IMG/VR virus record: IMGVR_UViG_3300020183_000010
DNA: 64,000 nucleotides
Origin: a virus
Direction: 5' to 3' (one strand)
Shown: one piece after another, positions 40,612 through 50,028 of the stretch
Layout of the letters: the number at the start of each line of letters is the position of its first letter
How positions within the stretch are numbered: the stretch's first letter is position 1
The notes under the pieces: generated by a model
Seen by the model: only the letters and a program-made list of their open reading frames with translations
Told to the model about the DNA's origin: nothing
Databases searched by the model: none
Made by a program: the position numbers and the translations under genes

Positions 40612-41235
40612 TCAATCATTAAAAGTTAAATTAACACCAGGAAACATCTCCCTAACTTTTAATCTTGCTCTCCTAATTCTTGTAGCTATAGCTCTTTTTT
40701 TCATTCCGTACTTATCAGCTATCTCTTGATATTTCATTCTTAATATCTCCCTATCAAAAAGAATATCTTTATAAATTTCTGGTAGGTCTTTCATCTTTTC
40801 GATGACATTTTCATACAAATCTTCCATTTCGTCGTTTTCAGTTGTTATATAATCAAATTCCGCTTCTAAAGTTACAGGAGATGAGCTTATAGTTGGATAT
40901 ACAGATTCTTCCGATTCATCATTACTCCTTACTACTTCCTGTATAATTGGTAAATATCGATCCTCGTTCTTTTTAATTCCCAAAGATTCATTTCTTGCTA
41001 TATTATAAACCCATGTAGAAAAATTACCCCTTGAAGGATCATATTGGGATATCTTTGTCCATATCTTTGCCATAGTGTTGGAAACTGCATCCTCTGCTGA
41101 TTCTTGCTCTATCAATATAGATTTACAATGATTTATTAATCCTGGTTTAATCCTTTTGTATAATTCAACGAAGTCTTTCTCCGATGATGTTCTCATAAAA
41201 CTCTCTGCCAATTCCTGAATATTTTTTACTGCCAT
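40612..41235 (-). CDS. ECF-type sigma-70 factor
   Basis: AEDAV, YDPSRGNFSTWVYNIARN (region 2); LPEIYK..., MKYQEIADKYG...TRIRRAR (region 4). Confidence 0.9.
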   Translation of the reverse strand: MAVKNIQELAESFMRTSSEKDFVELYKRIKPGLINHCKSILIEQESAEDAVSNTMAKIWTKISQYDPSRGNFSTWVYNIARNESLGIKKNEDRYLPIIQEVVRSNDESEESVYPTISSSPVTLEAEFDYITTENDEMEDLYENVIEKMKDLPEIYKDILFDREILRMKYQEIADKYGMKKRAIATRIRRARLKVREMFPGVNLTFND

Positions 41236-41248
41236 AATTATTATTTTT

Positions 41249-41686
41249 TTAAATGTTTATTTTTTTAATTTCTATACCTGCTTCTTCGAAAAGTTTAAAA
41301 GAATCTATTTTTCTGTATGTTTCAGAATAAACTATTCTTTTTATTCCCGCTTGGATGATAAGTTTTGCACAATCAAAACAAGGGGACAGAGTGACATAGA
41401 GGGTTGAACCCTCCGCACTGTTAGTGCTCTTAGCTATTTTAGTTATGGCATTTGCTTCTGCGTGTAAAACAGTTGGAAGTGTATTATTATCGCAGTCCTC
41501 ACACTCATTGGAAAATCCAGAGGGAGTACCGTTATATCCATCAGATATTATTTGACGGTCTTTTACAATTAAGCATCCAACTTTGTTTCTCTTACAATGA
41601 GAGTTTTCAGACCAGACATTGGCCATTCTTAAATAAAGTGAGTCTATTTTATCCTGCTTGTGATGCGGTAGGTTCTGGTTGCTCAT
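41249..41686 (-). CDS. dCMP deaminase
   Basis: GYNGTP, HAEANAI, TLSPCFDC. Confidence 0.93.
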   Translation of the reverse strand: MSNQNLPHHKQDKIDSLYLRMANVWSENSHCKRNKVGCLIVKDRQIISDGYNGTPSGFSNECEDCDNNTLPTVLHAEANAITKIAKSTNSAEGSTLYVTLSPCFDCAKLIIQAGIKRIVYSETYRKIDSFKLFEEAGIEIKKINI

Positions 41687-41924
41687 CAGATTCTTGGGAT
41701 TTAAGAGGTGTTACTTCTATTTTAAATCTCTCTACTATATGGAATGTATCCATTAGTCTAAATACCCCAAGAAGATTAAGTACTTGATTTACTTCTTCCT
41801 CGGTGAAATCATTTTTTTCTTCATTCCCCAAAATTTCCAAACATTCTTTGTAGCCTCCATAGGCATTCAGAAACTCAATCACTGTAGATCTGAGCTCCTT
41901 TGTAATTTCATAAGTTTTACTCAT
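41649..41924 (-). CDS. Hypothetical protein
   Basis: 91-aa ORF heading the deaminase/sigma operon. Confidence 0.65.
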   Translation of the reverse strand: MSKTYEITKELRSTVIEFLNAYGGYKECLEILGNEEKNDFTEEEVNQVLNLLGVFRLMDTFHIVERFKIEVTPLKSQESDEQPEPTASQAG

Positions 41925-41951
41925 AATTTATTATTTAGGTTTTATTTTACA

Positions 41952-41982
41952 CAAATATATTAAATCTATATTAAAAAGTAAA
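41952..41982 (-). promoter_or_regulatory. Bacteroidota-type sigma-A promoter
   Basis: TTTA-N19-TATATTTG on the minus strand (consensus TTTG-N19-21-TAnnTTTG), upstream of 41924. Confidence 0.55.
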
Positions 41983-41985
41983 TCC

Positions 41986-43758
41986 CTAATGAAACTTTTT
42001 TCCGTTAGGAATAACAATTAGGGGATTTTTTAACGTATTATTCAGCTGAGTTAGTAATGTAACCATAGATTTCATGTTATCTCCTAGCTCTTTCATAGCT
42101 TTATCTTGCCCCTCACTTTTTTCTTTGTTTTCCGTTTCGTTCTGTTGTGTTCCTTCGGTTTTTACCTCTGAAGATGCCTCCGTTTTTTTGTCTTCTGTTT
42201 TATTCTGGGTAGTAGTTGGTGAAGATGTATTTGTCTCGCTCTTCTTTTCCTCAGTTTTATCAGTAGTCGGAGTATTTACACTAGATAAATTTTGTGTTGT
42301 TGTTTCTTTTATAGGCGTATTAGTGGTAGAAGTTTCAGTTTTTTTATCAGTATTTGTAGAAACTTTCTCATCCAGCTTAGTTTCTTTCTTCTCTGTCTTA
42401 GATTTATTTCCAGTATTTCCCTTTCCTTTTGTGTCGGTAGACTCTTCTTTTGGTTTTGTAAATCCTAGTTCTTCTAGGTTCTTATCTACTGCGGCACTTC
42501 CTGTTGTTATACCTTTTCCTTTTCCTTTATCTTTTTCGTCCCCACCCTCTCCTTCTTTTTTGTCTCCTTCTTTAGCCGGCATTTTTAATCCCAGCATTTC
42601 TAGTATTCCTTTATTTGATTCGCTAAGAGCTGGTGTTGTATCTTTACCTTTTTTACCTTTATTGTCCCCTGTTTTTACATCTTCCGCTTTTCCTTTGGCT
42701 TCATCTTTTTTCTCTTCCGGTTTTTTCTCCTCTAATTTTTGTTCTGCTGTTTTAACTTCAGCCCCTTTAGTCTCTTCTGTCTTTTTAGTCTCTTCTGTCT
42801 TTTTTTCTTCGACTTTTGCTTCTTCTTTTTTTTCCTCTGGCTTAGGAAGATCTCCTGTCTTTTTTTCTTCGACTTTTGCTTCTTCTTTTTTTTCCTCTAT
42901 TTTAGTTTCTTCTGTTTTTGTCTTCGCCTCTTCTTTTTTTGCCTCTTGTGCAGCATCTTTTATTACATCCTCCGCTTTTTTCCCTTCTTTTTTTTCTATT
43001 AGCTTTTTTATGTTATCATCATATGCTTTTGCCATTTTGGTAACACTCTCATTGGTAAATCCTTCTGCTTCTAAAACTTTCGCTAAAGCAGAAATTATAG
43101 CCATATTTTCTGGGGTATATAAAATAGGAGCATATTGGCTAGCAAGTGTGGATTCCTTAACAGTAAAATACTGTAATAATTTAGAAAAATTATCAAGAAG
43201 TGGCTCGAATTTATTTTTTTCGTCCTTTATCTTACTATTAAAATCGCTTTTAACATCTTCATATAAGTCAAAATTCTTTACGTCACTAATACCTAAATTG
43301 TCTACTATATCGGTAACCCTACCGTCTCTAAGTACTAGTGCATTACCTATCTTATTCTCAGCAGCTTCCTTAGACATTTCAAAAATCTCCTTGCCGTCTA
43401 TACTTTCCCCCTTTTCTAATTTCCTTCTTATTTTGTCTTTATTTGATCCTCCGTCTGAATAAGCTTCCGAATAATAGATAAGGCTTGGATCATAAGCAGG
43501 ATCTAATCCTTTTACGTTTTTTTCAAATGAATCGTCGTAAAATTTATTAGCTTCTTTTATAACTTGATCCGCTGATTTTTTTTTCTTTACTAAATCCTCG
43601 TCTATTTCTTTTCCTGTAGCCCTCGCAGTTACCCCGTCACTTTCGATCATTGCTTTTTCCTGTTCCTTGTATTTAGCTCTATCAAAAGCACCTTCGGATG
43701 ATTTAAATACCGGAAATTCGGATCCTGTTCCCTCTTTATTATCTTTTTCTTCTGCCAA
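41986..43758 (-). CDS. Lys/Glu/Thr-rich low-complexity protein at the tape-measure/hub position
   Basis: Follows the gp26/gp51-like genes; internal duplicate EEKKEEAKVEEKKT; TTG start. Confidence 0.5.
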   Translation of the reverse strand: MAEEKDNKEGTGSEFPVFKSSEGAFDRAKYKEQEKAMIESDGVTARATGKEIDEDLVKKKKSADQVIKEANKFYDDSFEKNVKGLDPAYDPSLIYYSEAYSDGGSNKDKIRRKLEKGESIDGKEIFEMSKEAAENKIGNALVLRDGRVTDIVDNLGISDVKNFDLYEDVKSDFNSKIKDEKNKFEPLLDNFSKLLQYFTVKESTLASQYAPILYTPENMAIISALAKVLEAEGFTNESVTKMAKAYDDNIKKLIEKKEGKKAEDVIKDAAQEAKKEEAKTKTEETKIEEKKEEAKVEEKKTGDLPKPEEKKEEAKVEEKKTEETKKTEETKGAEVKTAEQKLEEKKPEEKKDEAKGKAEDVKTGDNKGKKGKDTTPALSESNKGILEMLGLKMPAKEGDKKEGEGGDEKDKGKGKGITTGSAAVDKNLEELGFTKPKEESTDTKGKGNTGNKSKTEKKETKLDEKVSTNTDKKTETSTTNTPIKETTTQNLSSVNTPTTDKTEEKKSETNTSSPTTTQNKTEDKKTEASSEVKTEGTQQNETENKEKSEGQDKAMKELGDNMKSMVTLLTQLNNTLKNPLIVIPNGKKFH

Positions 43759-43780
43759 AATAATTTTTATTTATATACCT

Positions 43781-43811
43781 AAAAAGCCAAAAAGGTTATC
43801 TTTTTGGCTTT
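43781..43811 (-). terminator. Intrinsic terminator, 12-bp perfect stem
   Basis: aaagccaaaaag-N5-ctttttggcttt followed by tt; the loop holds the gp51-like stop codon. Confidence 0.75.
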
Positions 43812-44010
43812 GAAAATGCGAATGCTTCTACCATTTCGCCTTGTTCTACTTTTTTATTTTCTCTTTCTATCTTTTCATTTAGCTTATCTATAAATAATTG
43901 GTATTCATAGAAGGGAAGATTTTCTAAGTGATCTATAGACAACTTAAATTCTTCCCATAGTCTAAACTTAATATCAAAGTAATTGGCTAAAGATATCTGA
44001 AATAACGAAA
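43796..44010 (-). CDS. gp51-like baseplate hub/tail assembly protein (no clean ATG; 5' end uncertain)
   Basis: SLANYFDIKFRL...SIDHLENLPFYEYQLFIDKL resembles T4-like gp51; overlaps the 3' end of the gp26-like gene in the +1 frame. Confidence 0.6.
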
Positions 44011-45011
44011 AGAGATCTGTACCCTCCGGGAAATGATATATCTGCTGTGACCCCCCCCTCACAGCTTTCACATTTACTATAGATTCTTGATTTGGTAGCA
44101 AAATTTATCTTCTCGGTGATCTGATCTGCTATGGAAAATTGTAGGGGTGACCATTCATTAGAAGCTCTTTCATATTGATCATAAACAGATTCGTCTAATC
44201 CTCTCCAATCTGGTATTATAAAAGAAGCCACTTTAGCAAAACTTTCATCGAAAGATTTACCTTTTCTTCTTTTGTCTGCTAATATTTTTCTACATAGTGT
44301 AGTAACACCGACAGTAGGGATATAAAGGTCCATTTCAGGACTTCCGTCTTTCGGTACAAATTTAAATGAGTAAGTTTCCCTATTATATCTTTTAAGAATT
44401 TCTGGGTCTACTACGAAACTATCTAATAGATTAGATCTTAGTTCTAACATATCAGGAACATTACAATCAGGTTTTGTACAGTTCTTAGTTACTGGAAGTA
44501 ATATTTTATTTTCTCCCCTTAAGAATGTCATATCTCTAATTGACATTATAATATAAAATCTGTCTTCGTACCAAAGATCATATGGTTCTAAAAATCCGCC
44601 ATTCCATCTTATCTTCATACATTTAGATAAGATCGTATTTAATTTATCGTCTAGATCTATTCTATCGTCATCGTCAACGGTAGAGAACTGTCTAATTTCT
44701 CTAACCCCTGATGCTTTTATAGCAACTTCAAAGCCTTCTGGGTATCCAAATCCTTTAGAAGGAAGATTTTCAGATGGTATATTCTTCCAGTCATTCTCTA
44801 ATCCTATAGGTGTCCTAGTAACATTTACTTTACCTAAGTTATTTGTTTGATTTTGAACCGGTTGAGGATTTTGTTGGGCATTTGCTTCTTTATCTATCCA
44901 CTCAGGTATTGAGTACGATCCAACATCAGGATCTTGGTCATACTGAAATTTAGATTCCACTTCTTTTCTTTTAAGCTGGTTAAGCAATTCGTCGTCCATA
45001 TTCTGTTCCAT
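43974..45011 (-). CDS. gp26-like baseplate hub subunit/tail assembly chaperone
   Basis: LPSKGFGY, DRFYIIMSIR, C..PDC and CESC Zn motifs; downstream of the tube genes. Confidence 0.65.
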   Translation of the reverse strand: MEQNMDDELLNQLKRKEVESKFQYDQDPDVGSYSIPEWIDKEANAQQNPQPVQNQTNNLGKVNVTRTPIGLENDWKNIPSENLPSKGFGYPEGFEVAIKASGVREIRQFSTVDDDDRIDLDDKLNTILSKCMKIRWNGGFLEPYDLWYEDRFYIIMSIRDMTFLRGENKILLPVTKNCTKPDCNVPDMLELRSNLLDSFVVDPEILKRYNRETYSFKFVPKDGSPEMDLYIPTVGVTTLCRKILADKRRKGKSFDESFAKVASFIIPDWRGLDESVYDQYERASNEWSPLQFSIADQITEKINFATKSRIYSKCESCEGGVTADISFPGGYRSLFVISDIFSQLL

Positions 45012-45019
45012 ACTATTTC

Positions 45020-45247
45020 TTATATCTCTTTTACTTCTTCTTTTCTTTTTAGTTTCCTATTTGATGACAAAAAGAAATAAAATCCAAAGAAAAGAGCCGA
45101 AAGGAAGTAGAAAATTGCTACTGTATGCCAATAGGAATTTGTCCATTTCATTATCGTTGCAAAAAGGATATCGAATCCGAAGGGATTGAAGAAAGTTGCT
45201 AAAACTAAACAGACTGAAGCTATTCTTGTTCTTCTTTTCTGATTCAC
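45020..45247 (-). CDS. Small two-TM membrane protein (GTG start)
   Basis: CLVLATFFNPFGFDILF...SYWHTVAIFYFLSALFFGFYFFL. Confidence 0.55.
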   Translation of the reverse strand: MNQKRRTRIASVCLVLATFFNPFGFDILFATIMKWTNSYWHTVAIFYFLSALFFGFYFFLSSNRKLKRKEEVKEI

Positions 45248-45291
45248 AATCGTCGTCCATATTATTTTAATTTAACATTCTAAGTTTTAAC

Positions 45292-45329
45292 AAAAAACAA
45301 AAAATGGAGACTTTGTTGAGCCTCCATTT
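45292..45329 (-). terminator. Intrinsic terminator after the tube genes
   Basis: atggaggct-caacaa-agtctccat followed by a T-run. Confidence 0.75.
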
Positions 45330-45349
45330 ATATATTAAGCTAAATAAAA

Positions 45350-45928
45350 TTAATTGAAAACGTCTTCGAAATAATCCGCTCTGAAAGATAAAGCTATTTT
45401 ATAAGGTGTTGTACCGTTAGTGTAATCAAGATCTAAAGATTTGATCTGGTCAACAGGAAAGCAGTTTAATAATTTAATCCTTCTAAACACGTCTCCTTGC
45501 TTATTAAATATAGAGATAAGTATGTAAGTTCCTCCAGCATAATTGGATTTTATTCCCATAGCACCTGTTAATGGATTATAAACTAAATCCGACCACTGAC
45601 GTAGGGTTTTAAAAACGTAGTTGCTGTTATTGTCGTTAAGGTTTGTTTCAAATTCAATTCTTACCTTAATACCAGTATCATCTACTACACCACCCGCATA
45701 TCTTCTTTTAGTAAATTTATATCTTTGCTCTGCTGGTGCTGGGTTTTTGTCTACTGTTAAACCAGTAACTGATAGAACGTTTTCTACTAGGAGACTACGT
45801 CCTCCGTTTCCTTGTTCTAGAGCAACCCCAGCAGGCGGCTGTATAATAACCTCAAACTGATTAAGATATACTGGTTCGTACAATTGTACTGCTGCTTTTG
45901 CCGATGTAAAATGTGGTAATCCTGCCAT
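45350..45928 (-). CDS. Tail tube protein (gp19-like), copy 2
   Basis: MAGLPHF, EPVYLNQFEV, LRQWSDLVYNPLTG, NCFP; follows the sheath. Confidence 0.85.
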   Translation of the reverse strand: MAGLPHFTSAKAAVQLYEPVYLNQFEVIIQPPAGVALEQGNGGRSLLVENVLSVTGLTVDKNPAPAEQRYKFTKRRYAGGVVDDTGIKVRIEFETNLNDNNSNYVFKTLRQWSDLVYNPLTGAMGIKSNYAGGTYILISIFNKQGDVFRRIKLLNCFPVDQIKSLDLDYTNGTTPYKIALSFRADYFEDVFN

Positions 45929-45938
45929 TTTTTATTTT

Positions 45939-46511
45939 TTATATAAACACGTCTTCGAAATAATCAACTGCCCATTGCAGAGTCAATTTATATATGGATG
46001 TTTGAGTGTAGTTCAATCCCATTTCGTTAATAGCAGTCATAGGGAAGCAATCTCTAAGATTTATTTTTCTAAAAATATCTCCTTGCTTATTGAATACATT
46101 AACTAGAATATTTCCAGTGTAATCTTTTTTAAGCCCCATAGCTCCAGTTAAAGGATTATAAATTAAATCCGACCACTGGCGAAGAGTTTTAAAAACATAC
46201 ATAGAGTTGTTTTCGTTTAGGTTTATCTCAAATTCCATATCAACATCTAAACCTGTTCTTGATGGAGCAGCACCAGAGTAATATCTCTTAGCAAATTTAT
46301 ATTGCTGAGTTATTTCTCCTGGGTTCTGATCAACTTGTAATCCAGATATTCTAGTTACTTGTTCTAGCAATATATTAGAACTCCCTGGATTTCCAGCCTG
46401 AACTGGAATAGCAGCCGGAGGAGTAATAATAACCTCAAACTGGTTGAGAAAAACAGGTTCGAACTTGTTAACCGAAGCCTTAGAACTTGTATAATGTGGT
46501 AATCCTGCCAT
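45939..46511 (-). CDS. Tail tube protein (gp19-like), copy 1
   Basis: MAGLPHY, EPVFLNQFEV, LRQWSDLIYNPLTG, DCFP. Confidence 0.85.
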   Translation of the reverse strand: MAGLPHYTSSKASVNKFEPVFLNQFEVIITPPAAIPVQAGNPGSSNILLEQVTRISGLQVDQNPGEITQQYKFAKRYYSGAAPSRTGLDVDMEFEINLNENNSMYVFKTLRQWSDLIYNPLTGAMGLKKDYTGNILVNVFNKQGDIFRKINLRDCFPMTAINEMGLNYTQTSIYKLTLQWAVDYFEDVFI

Positions 46512-46556
46512 GTTTTTATTTTATATATTTACATTCAAGAATTCTCTACAAATTTA

Positions 46557-49500
46557 TTAGCTAAATTGAATGAATCCTCCTGAAGCAATACCGCCTGTTC
46601 TAGTAACTGTCATTCTATTGATGAACTTATGAATACCTCTTGCAGGTTCGATTATTACATCGATAATACCGATATTTTGATCTATTATTGCAGGAGTGTT
46701 GTTCGAAGAGTCCATAATAGTTAAGTAGTTATAGATACCTCCAACAGATCTTACTCCGGTTAAGTAGTTGTCTACTAATGTTTTAATTTCAAGTCTAACA
46801 TTGTCTTCGTTGAAATCAAATACGTAGTTAGAAAGAATCTCTTCGATTGCACTTTCTACTGTGATTAGTAAATCTCTAACATGTAAGTTGTTGAATGCTG
46901 AGTTAGTTCTTTGGTAGCTTGTTTGGTTACCGTAAATTACTATACCAACACCTCTCTTACGTATGATAGGGTTAATACCGAATGGTTCTAGATATTCTCT
47001 ATCCTGTATATCAAAGTCGTATTCTAATCCTACTAGGTTGCTAGCAGAGATAATACCTCTCTTAAGACCTGCTACGATTGAATAAGGCTCACCTGTAATA
47101 AACTTACGTATAAAGTTATTAGAAACGTAAGGTGAAGGTGGTACGTCTAGATTTTTGTTGTTTTCTCTAATTGTTAAGAAAGGTGCAAAGAATCCAGAGA
47201 ATTTAGCTCCTAAATCTTCATCAGGAAGTGAGAAAGTAAACGAAGGATTCAAACTTAAATTACCCCCCTCTGCAATGTATCTAGCTTGTAAAAGCGGAGC
47301 TGGGTCTGTTGCAGTAGGTGCAGATGTAAATCTTGGATCCACTGATTCTGAAAACTTCTTCATAGAAGGTACGTTACAGATTGCTAAACATTTTTGTCTG
47401 TTTTTAGCAAGCTTAGTGAATTGATATTTACAGTTTGGCTGAACCCCACCATCAAATGTATCAACGATATATCTGAAAGTGATTACGTCTGTATCTGCTA
47501 ATGTTCTAGCAAGATTAGTGTTGTAAAGAACATCTAAGATTTCATTCATTCTTGTGTCTGTTCCGTTAGGCATAGAAGCAGCCTTGATATCAGCACCAGG
47601 AAGATAAGTGAAATTAAAAGATCTAACAAACTCTTGTATATTTTTAAATTTCCAAACTCTAGTAGTTGTTCCAGGATATAGTTTAATTGGTCTTTCAGTT
47701 TTAACCTGTACTGTGTAAACCCCAGGTGAAGTTGCAGAAGATACTGTTTTAACCTCTAATACTCTTGTTAATCTAGATTGAAGATTCTCAGTTAGAGGGT
47801 TGTCGTATATCTGAACGTCCGTTGATACAAGTAGATCTCCTACTTTTATACCAGAAGAATTAGCAACTGCTGTAGATAGCTCAATAACATTAGGTTGTAG
47901 CTGAGTTATAATATCTACATAGTCACTTATATTACCTGCAGTTGATACTATATTAAAGCTTTCGCCTGTTGTTTGATTTGTTCCTATTGGTAAAGAACTT
48001 ATATAAGTAGTATCCCATGTTGCAATAGCTTCAGGAGTTGTGAATGTGTCATCTGCAAAAGCTCTACAAACTAAGATATTGTACCCGTCTCTATCTACAT
48101 TAACCTCAAATTTTAAGTATTGTAGTAGTGATCCTGAATCATCTTTCCAGTCAATATCCCCGTCTCCGATGTTACCTTTAACCCAGTCTCTGTACATTTC
48201 AGAGTTCTCGTATGCTAAGTAAGAGTCAGTTCCTACCGGAATATCAGGAGAGAAATAAACATCATCATTATCAAAGTAATCTGGATTACCTATTTGATAA
48301 GCTGCAGAAGTACTTTTGTTAGTAATGTCATAAGGCTCAACATAAGTTGTAGAAGGAGTAGCTCCTACTAGAGGATGTTTTAATTTTAATCTCAACTGAG
48401 GTCTAATTCCAACAGGAAGTGTAGAATTTGTAATATTTTTAGATTCTACGATTTTTAATTTAACTAAATCTCCCTCATAGAATCCAAGATATCCTGGGGT
48501 AGGAAGGTTTGAAGTTACCTTACCAAGTACCCATCTAGCTGCAGGTGCATTATTAGAAACCCCCACGAAACTATCCAAAGTAGTAATTTGGTCATCGTGT
48601 AAAGTTGGAGATGTAAATAGAGTATCTATATAAATAGCACCTCCGTCTCTAGCAGCAGGATTGTAAGTATCCCAAAGTGAAGTAGGAATACCTGCGTCTC
48701 CAGTTGCATTATATAAACTGTCAATAAGAAGAGTACCTGTTTCAGGAAGAAGATCCATTCCAGGATTAGATGGTGAAAGATTATCTTGAATCTCTGTACC
48801 TCCTGTTGATCCATCTATATTCTTATAGTATGTGTAATCTGCGAAAAGATTTTGGCTATAAGAAAGGAAGTTAAGATTTTTTGGAACAGAATTAATATCT
48901 GCATCTGAACCTATTTCATCTACTAAGTGGTGGCCAACTAGGTCAAATACTGATGAGTTATCTATAAGATCGTCCAAAGCCTCCTCGTTAACAGCACAGA
49001 AGATACCTGTTGTTGGCGTTTGGTTATTAATTAGCGTTTGAATGTATCTTAGAGTTCCATTTTGGTCAGTAAAGTTAGGTATGATTGTACCAGTTACAGT
49101 TAATGATATATTAACACCGTCAAGAGCCAAGAAGTTATCTATTTGAGATTTAATAAATCCTTTAGAAGTAAAGTATTGGCTGTAAACAGGGTCGTTTGAA
49201 AGTGCTTGATAATCCGTCCAGTTACCACTTACTGCAATTACATCTATAAACCAATCTGAAAGATAGTCATACTGATTCATATAAGAAGGAACGTTATCTG
49301 GACCGAAGTATTCTCTTGCGGTAATATCGAATCCTCTTAGAGGAAATCTTGAGTCTAATGATTTTCTTACTATTATACTTACTGGATTTTGTCCAAGGTT
49401 AACTAAGCTAAATAGTTTTCTTGAATCTGGCTGAGCACCAGAATTATCCTCTGTAGCTAATAAGTATGTAGTGTCTGGGAACCAGAACTTCTCTTTGTTG

Positions 49501-49958
49501 TAGTAAGACGATAATAATTTATCTTGTTTTGTTAAAGGATCGGAATATCCACCTGTAGCATTAGCTCCGTTTTGCTCTTCTGTATCCATAGAGAAAGCTC
49601 TGTATCTAGCTACATCAGCTCCTGATGCGTAATCTGGATCTCCATTTTCGTCTACGGTATTATTTAAAAGTCTTAAATTAAGAGCAAATATAGGTCCGCT
49701 TTGTAGACATACTAAGCAAGATCTGTGGAAGAAAGATCCTTTCTTTTCCATAGTTTTCTCTATTCCCCCAAATACTGATTGGAAAGTCGTAATATCCGGA
49801 CAATAAACTGGAGTATTGAAAGGGCCAACGCTAGAATAACCTACCACTAATCTAATCGTAGAAGGGTTAATTATAATGTTCTCACTAGCATCGAATTCCA
49901 ATGTATAAACACCAGATGCTTTAAATTGGGATAAATCAAGTTTGACTTGTTTTGCCAT
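46557..49958 (-). CDS. Contractile tail sheath (gp18-like), enlarged
   Basis: SGVYTLEFD, GPFNTP, AGLKRG, GINPI, IYGNQT, LHVRDLL, FDFNEDNVR, NNTPAIIDQN. Confidence 0.93.
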   Translation of the reverse strand: MAKQVKLDLSQFKASGVYTLEFDASENIIINPSTIRLVVGYSSVGPFNTPVYCPDITTFQSVFGGIEKTMEKKGSFFHRSCLVCLQSGPIFALNLRLLNNTVDENGDPDYASGADVARYRAFSMDTEEQNGANATGGYSDPLTKQDKLLSSYYNKEKFWFPDTTYLLATEDNSGAQPDSRKLFSLVNLGQNPVSIIVRKSLDSRFPLRGFDITAREYFGPDNVPSYMNQYDYLSDWFIDVIAVSGNWTDYQALSNDPVYSQYFTSKGFIKSQIDNFLALDGVNISLTVTGTIIPNFTDQNGTLRYIQTLINNQTPTTGIFCAVNEEALDDLIDNSSVFDLVGHHLVDEIGSDADINSVPKNLNFLSYSQNLFADYTYYKNIDGSTGGTEIQDNLSPSNPGMDLLPETGTLLIDSLYNATGDAGIPTSLWDTYNPAARDGGAIYIDTLFTSPTLHDDQITTLDSFVGVSNNAPAARWVLGKVTSNLPTPGYLGFYEGDLVKLKIVESKNITNSTLPVGIRPQLRLKLKHPLVGATPSTTYVEPYDITNKSTSAAYQIGNPDYFDNDDVYFSPDIPVGTDSYLAYENSEMYRDWVKGNIGDGDIDWKDDSGSLLQYLKFEVNVDRDGYNILVCRAFADDTFTTPEAIATWDTTYISSLPIGTNQTTGESFNIVSTAGNISDYVDIITQLQPNVIELSTAVANSSGIKVGDLLVSTDVQIYDNPLTENLQSRLTRVLEVKTVSSATSPGVYTVQVKTERPIKLYPGTTTRVWKFKNIQEFVRSFNFTYLPGADIKAASMPNGTDTRMNEILDVLYNTNLARTLADTDVITFRYIVDTFDGGVQPNCKYQFTKLAKNRQKCLAICNVPSMKKFSESVDPRFTSAPTATDPAPLLQARYIAEGGNLSLNPSFTFSLPDEDLGAKFSGFFAPFLTIRENNKNLDVPPSPYVSNNFIRKFITGEPYSIVAGLKRGIISASNLVGLEYDFDIQDREYLEPFGINPIIRKRGVGIVIYGNQTSYQRTNSAFNNLHVRDLLITVESAIEEILSNYVFDFNEDNVRLEIKTLVDNYLTGVRSVGGIYNYLTIMDSSNNTPAIIDQNIGIIDVIIEPARGIHKFINRMTVTRTGGIASGGFIQFS

Positions 49959-50028
49959 TTTTAATTTTTATTTATATTCTAAGAAGTTATCCTTTGACTT
50001 CTTTTTCTATGTATATATCATTCTTCCT

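Noticed and set aside
42074-43462. 462-aa plus-strand ORF rich in F, S and L
   Set aside because: Antisense shadow of the K/E-rich gene.
49981-50003. Hairpin aagaagtta/tgacttctt as a terL terminator
   Set aside because: No U-tract on the minus strand and it lies downstream of the sheath late promoter; more likely a 5' leader stem, and too weak to call.
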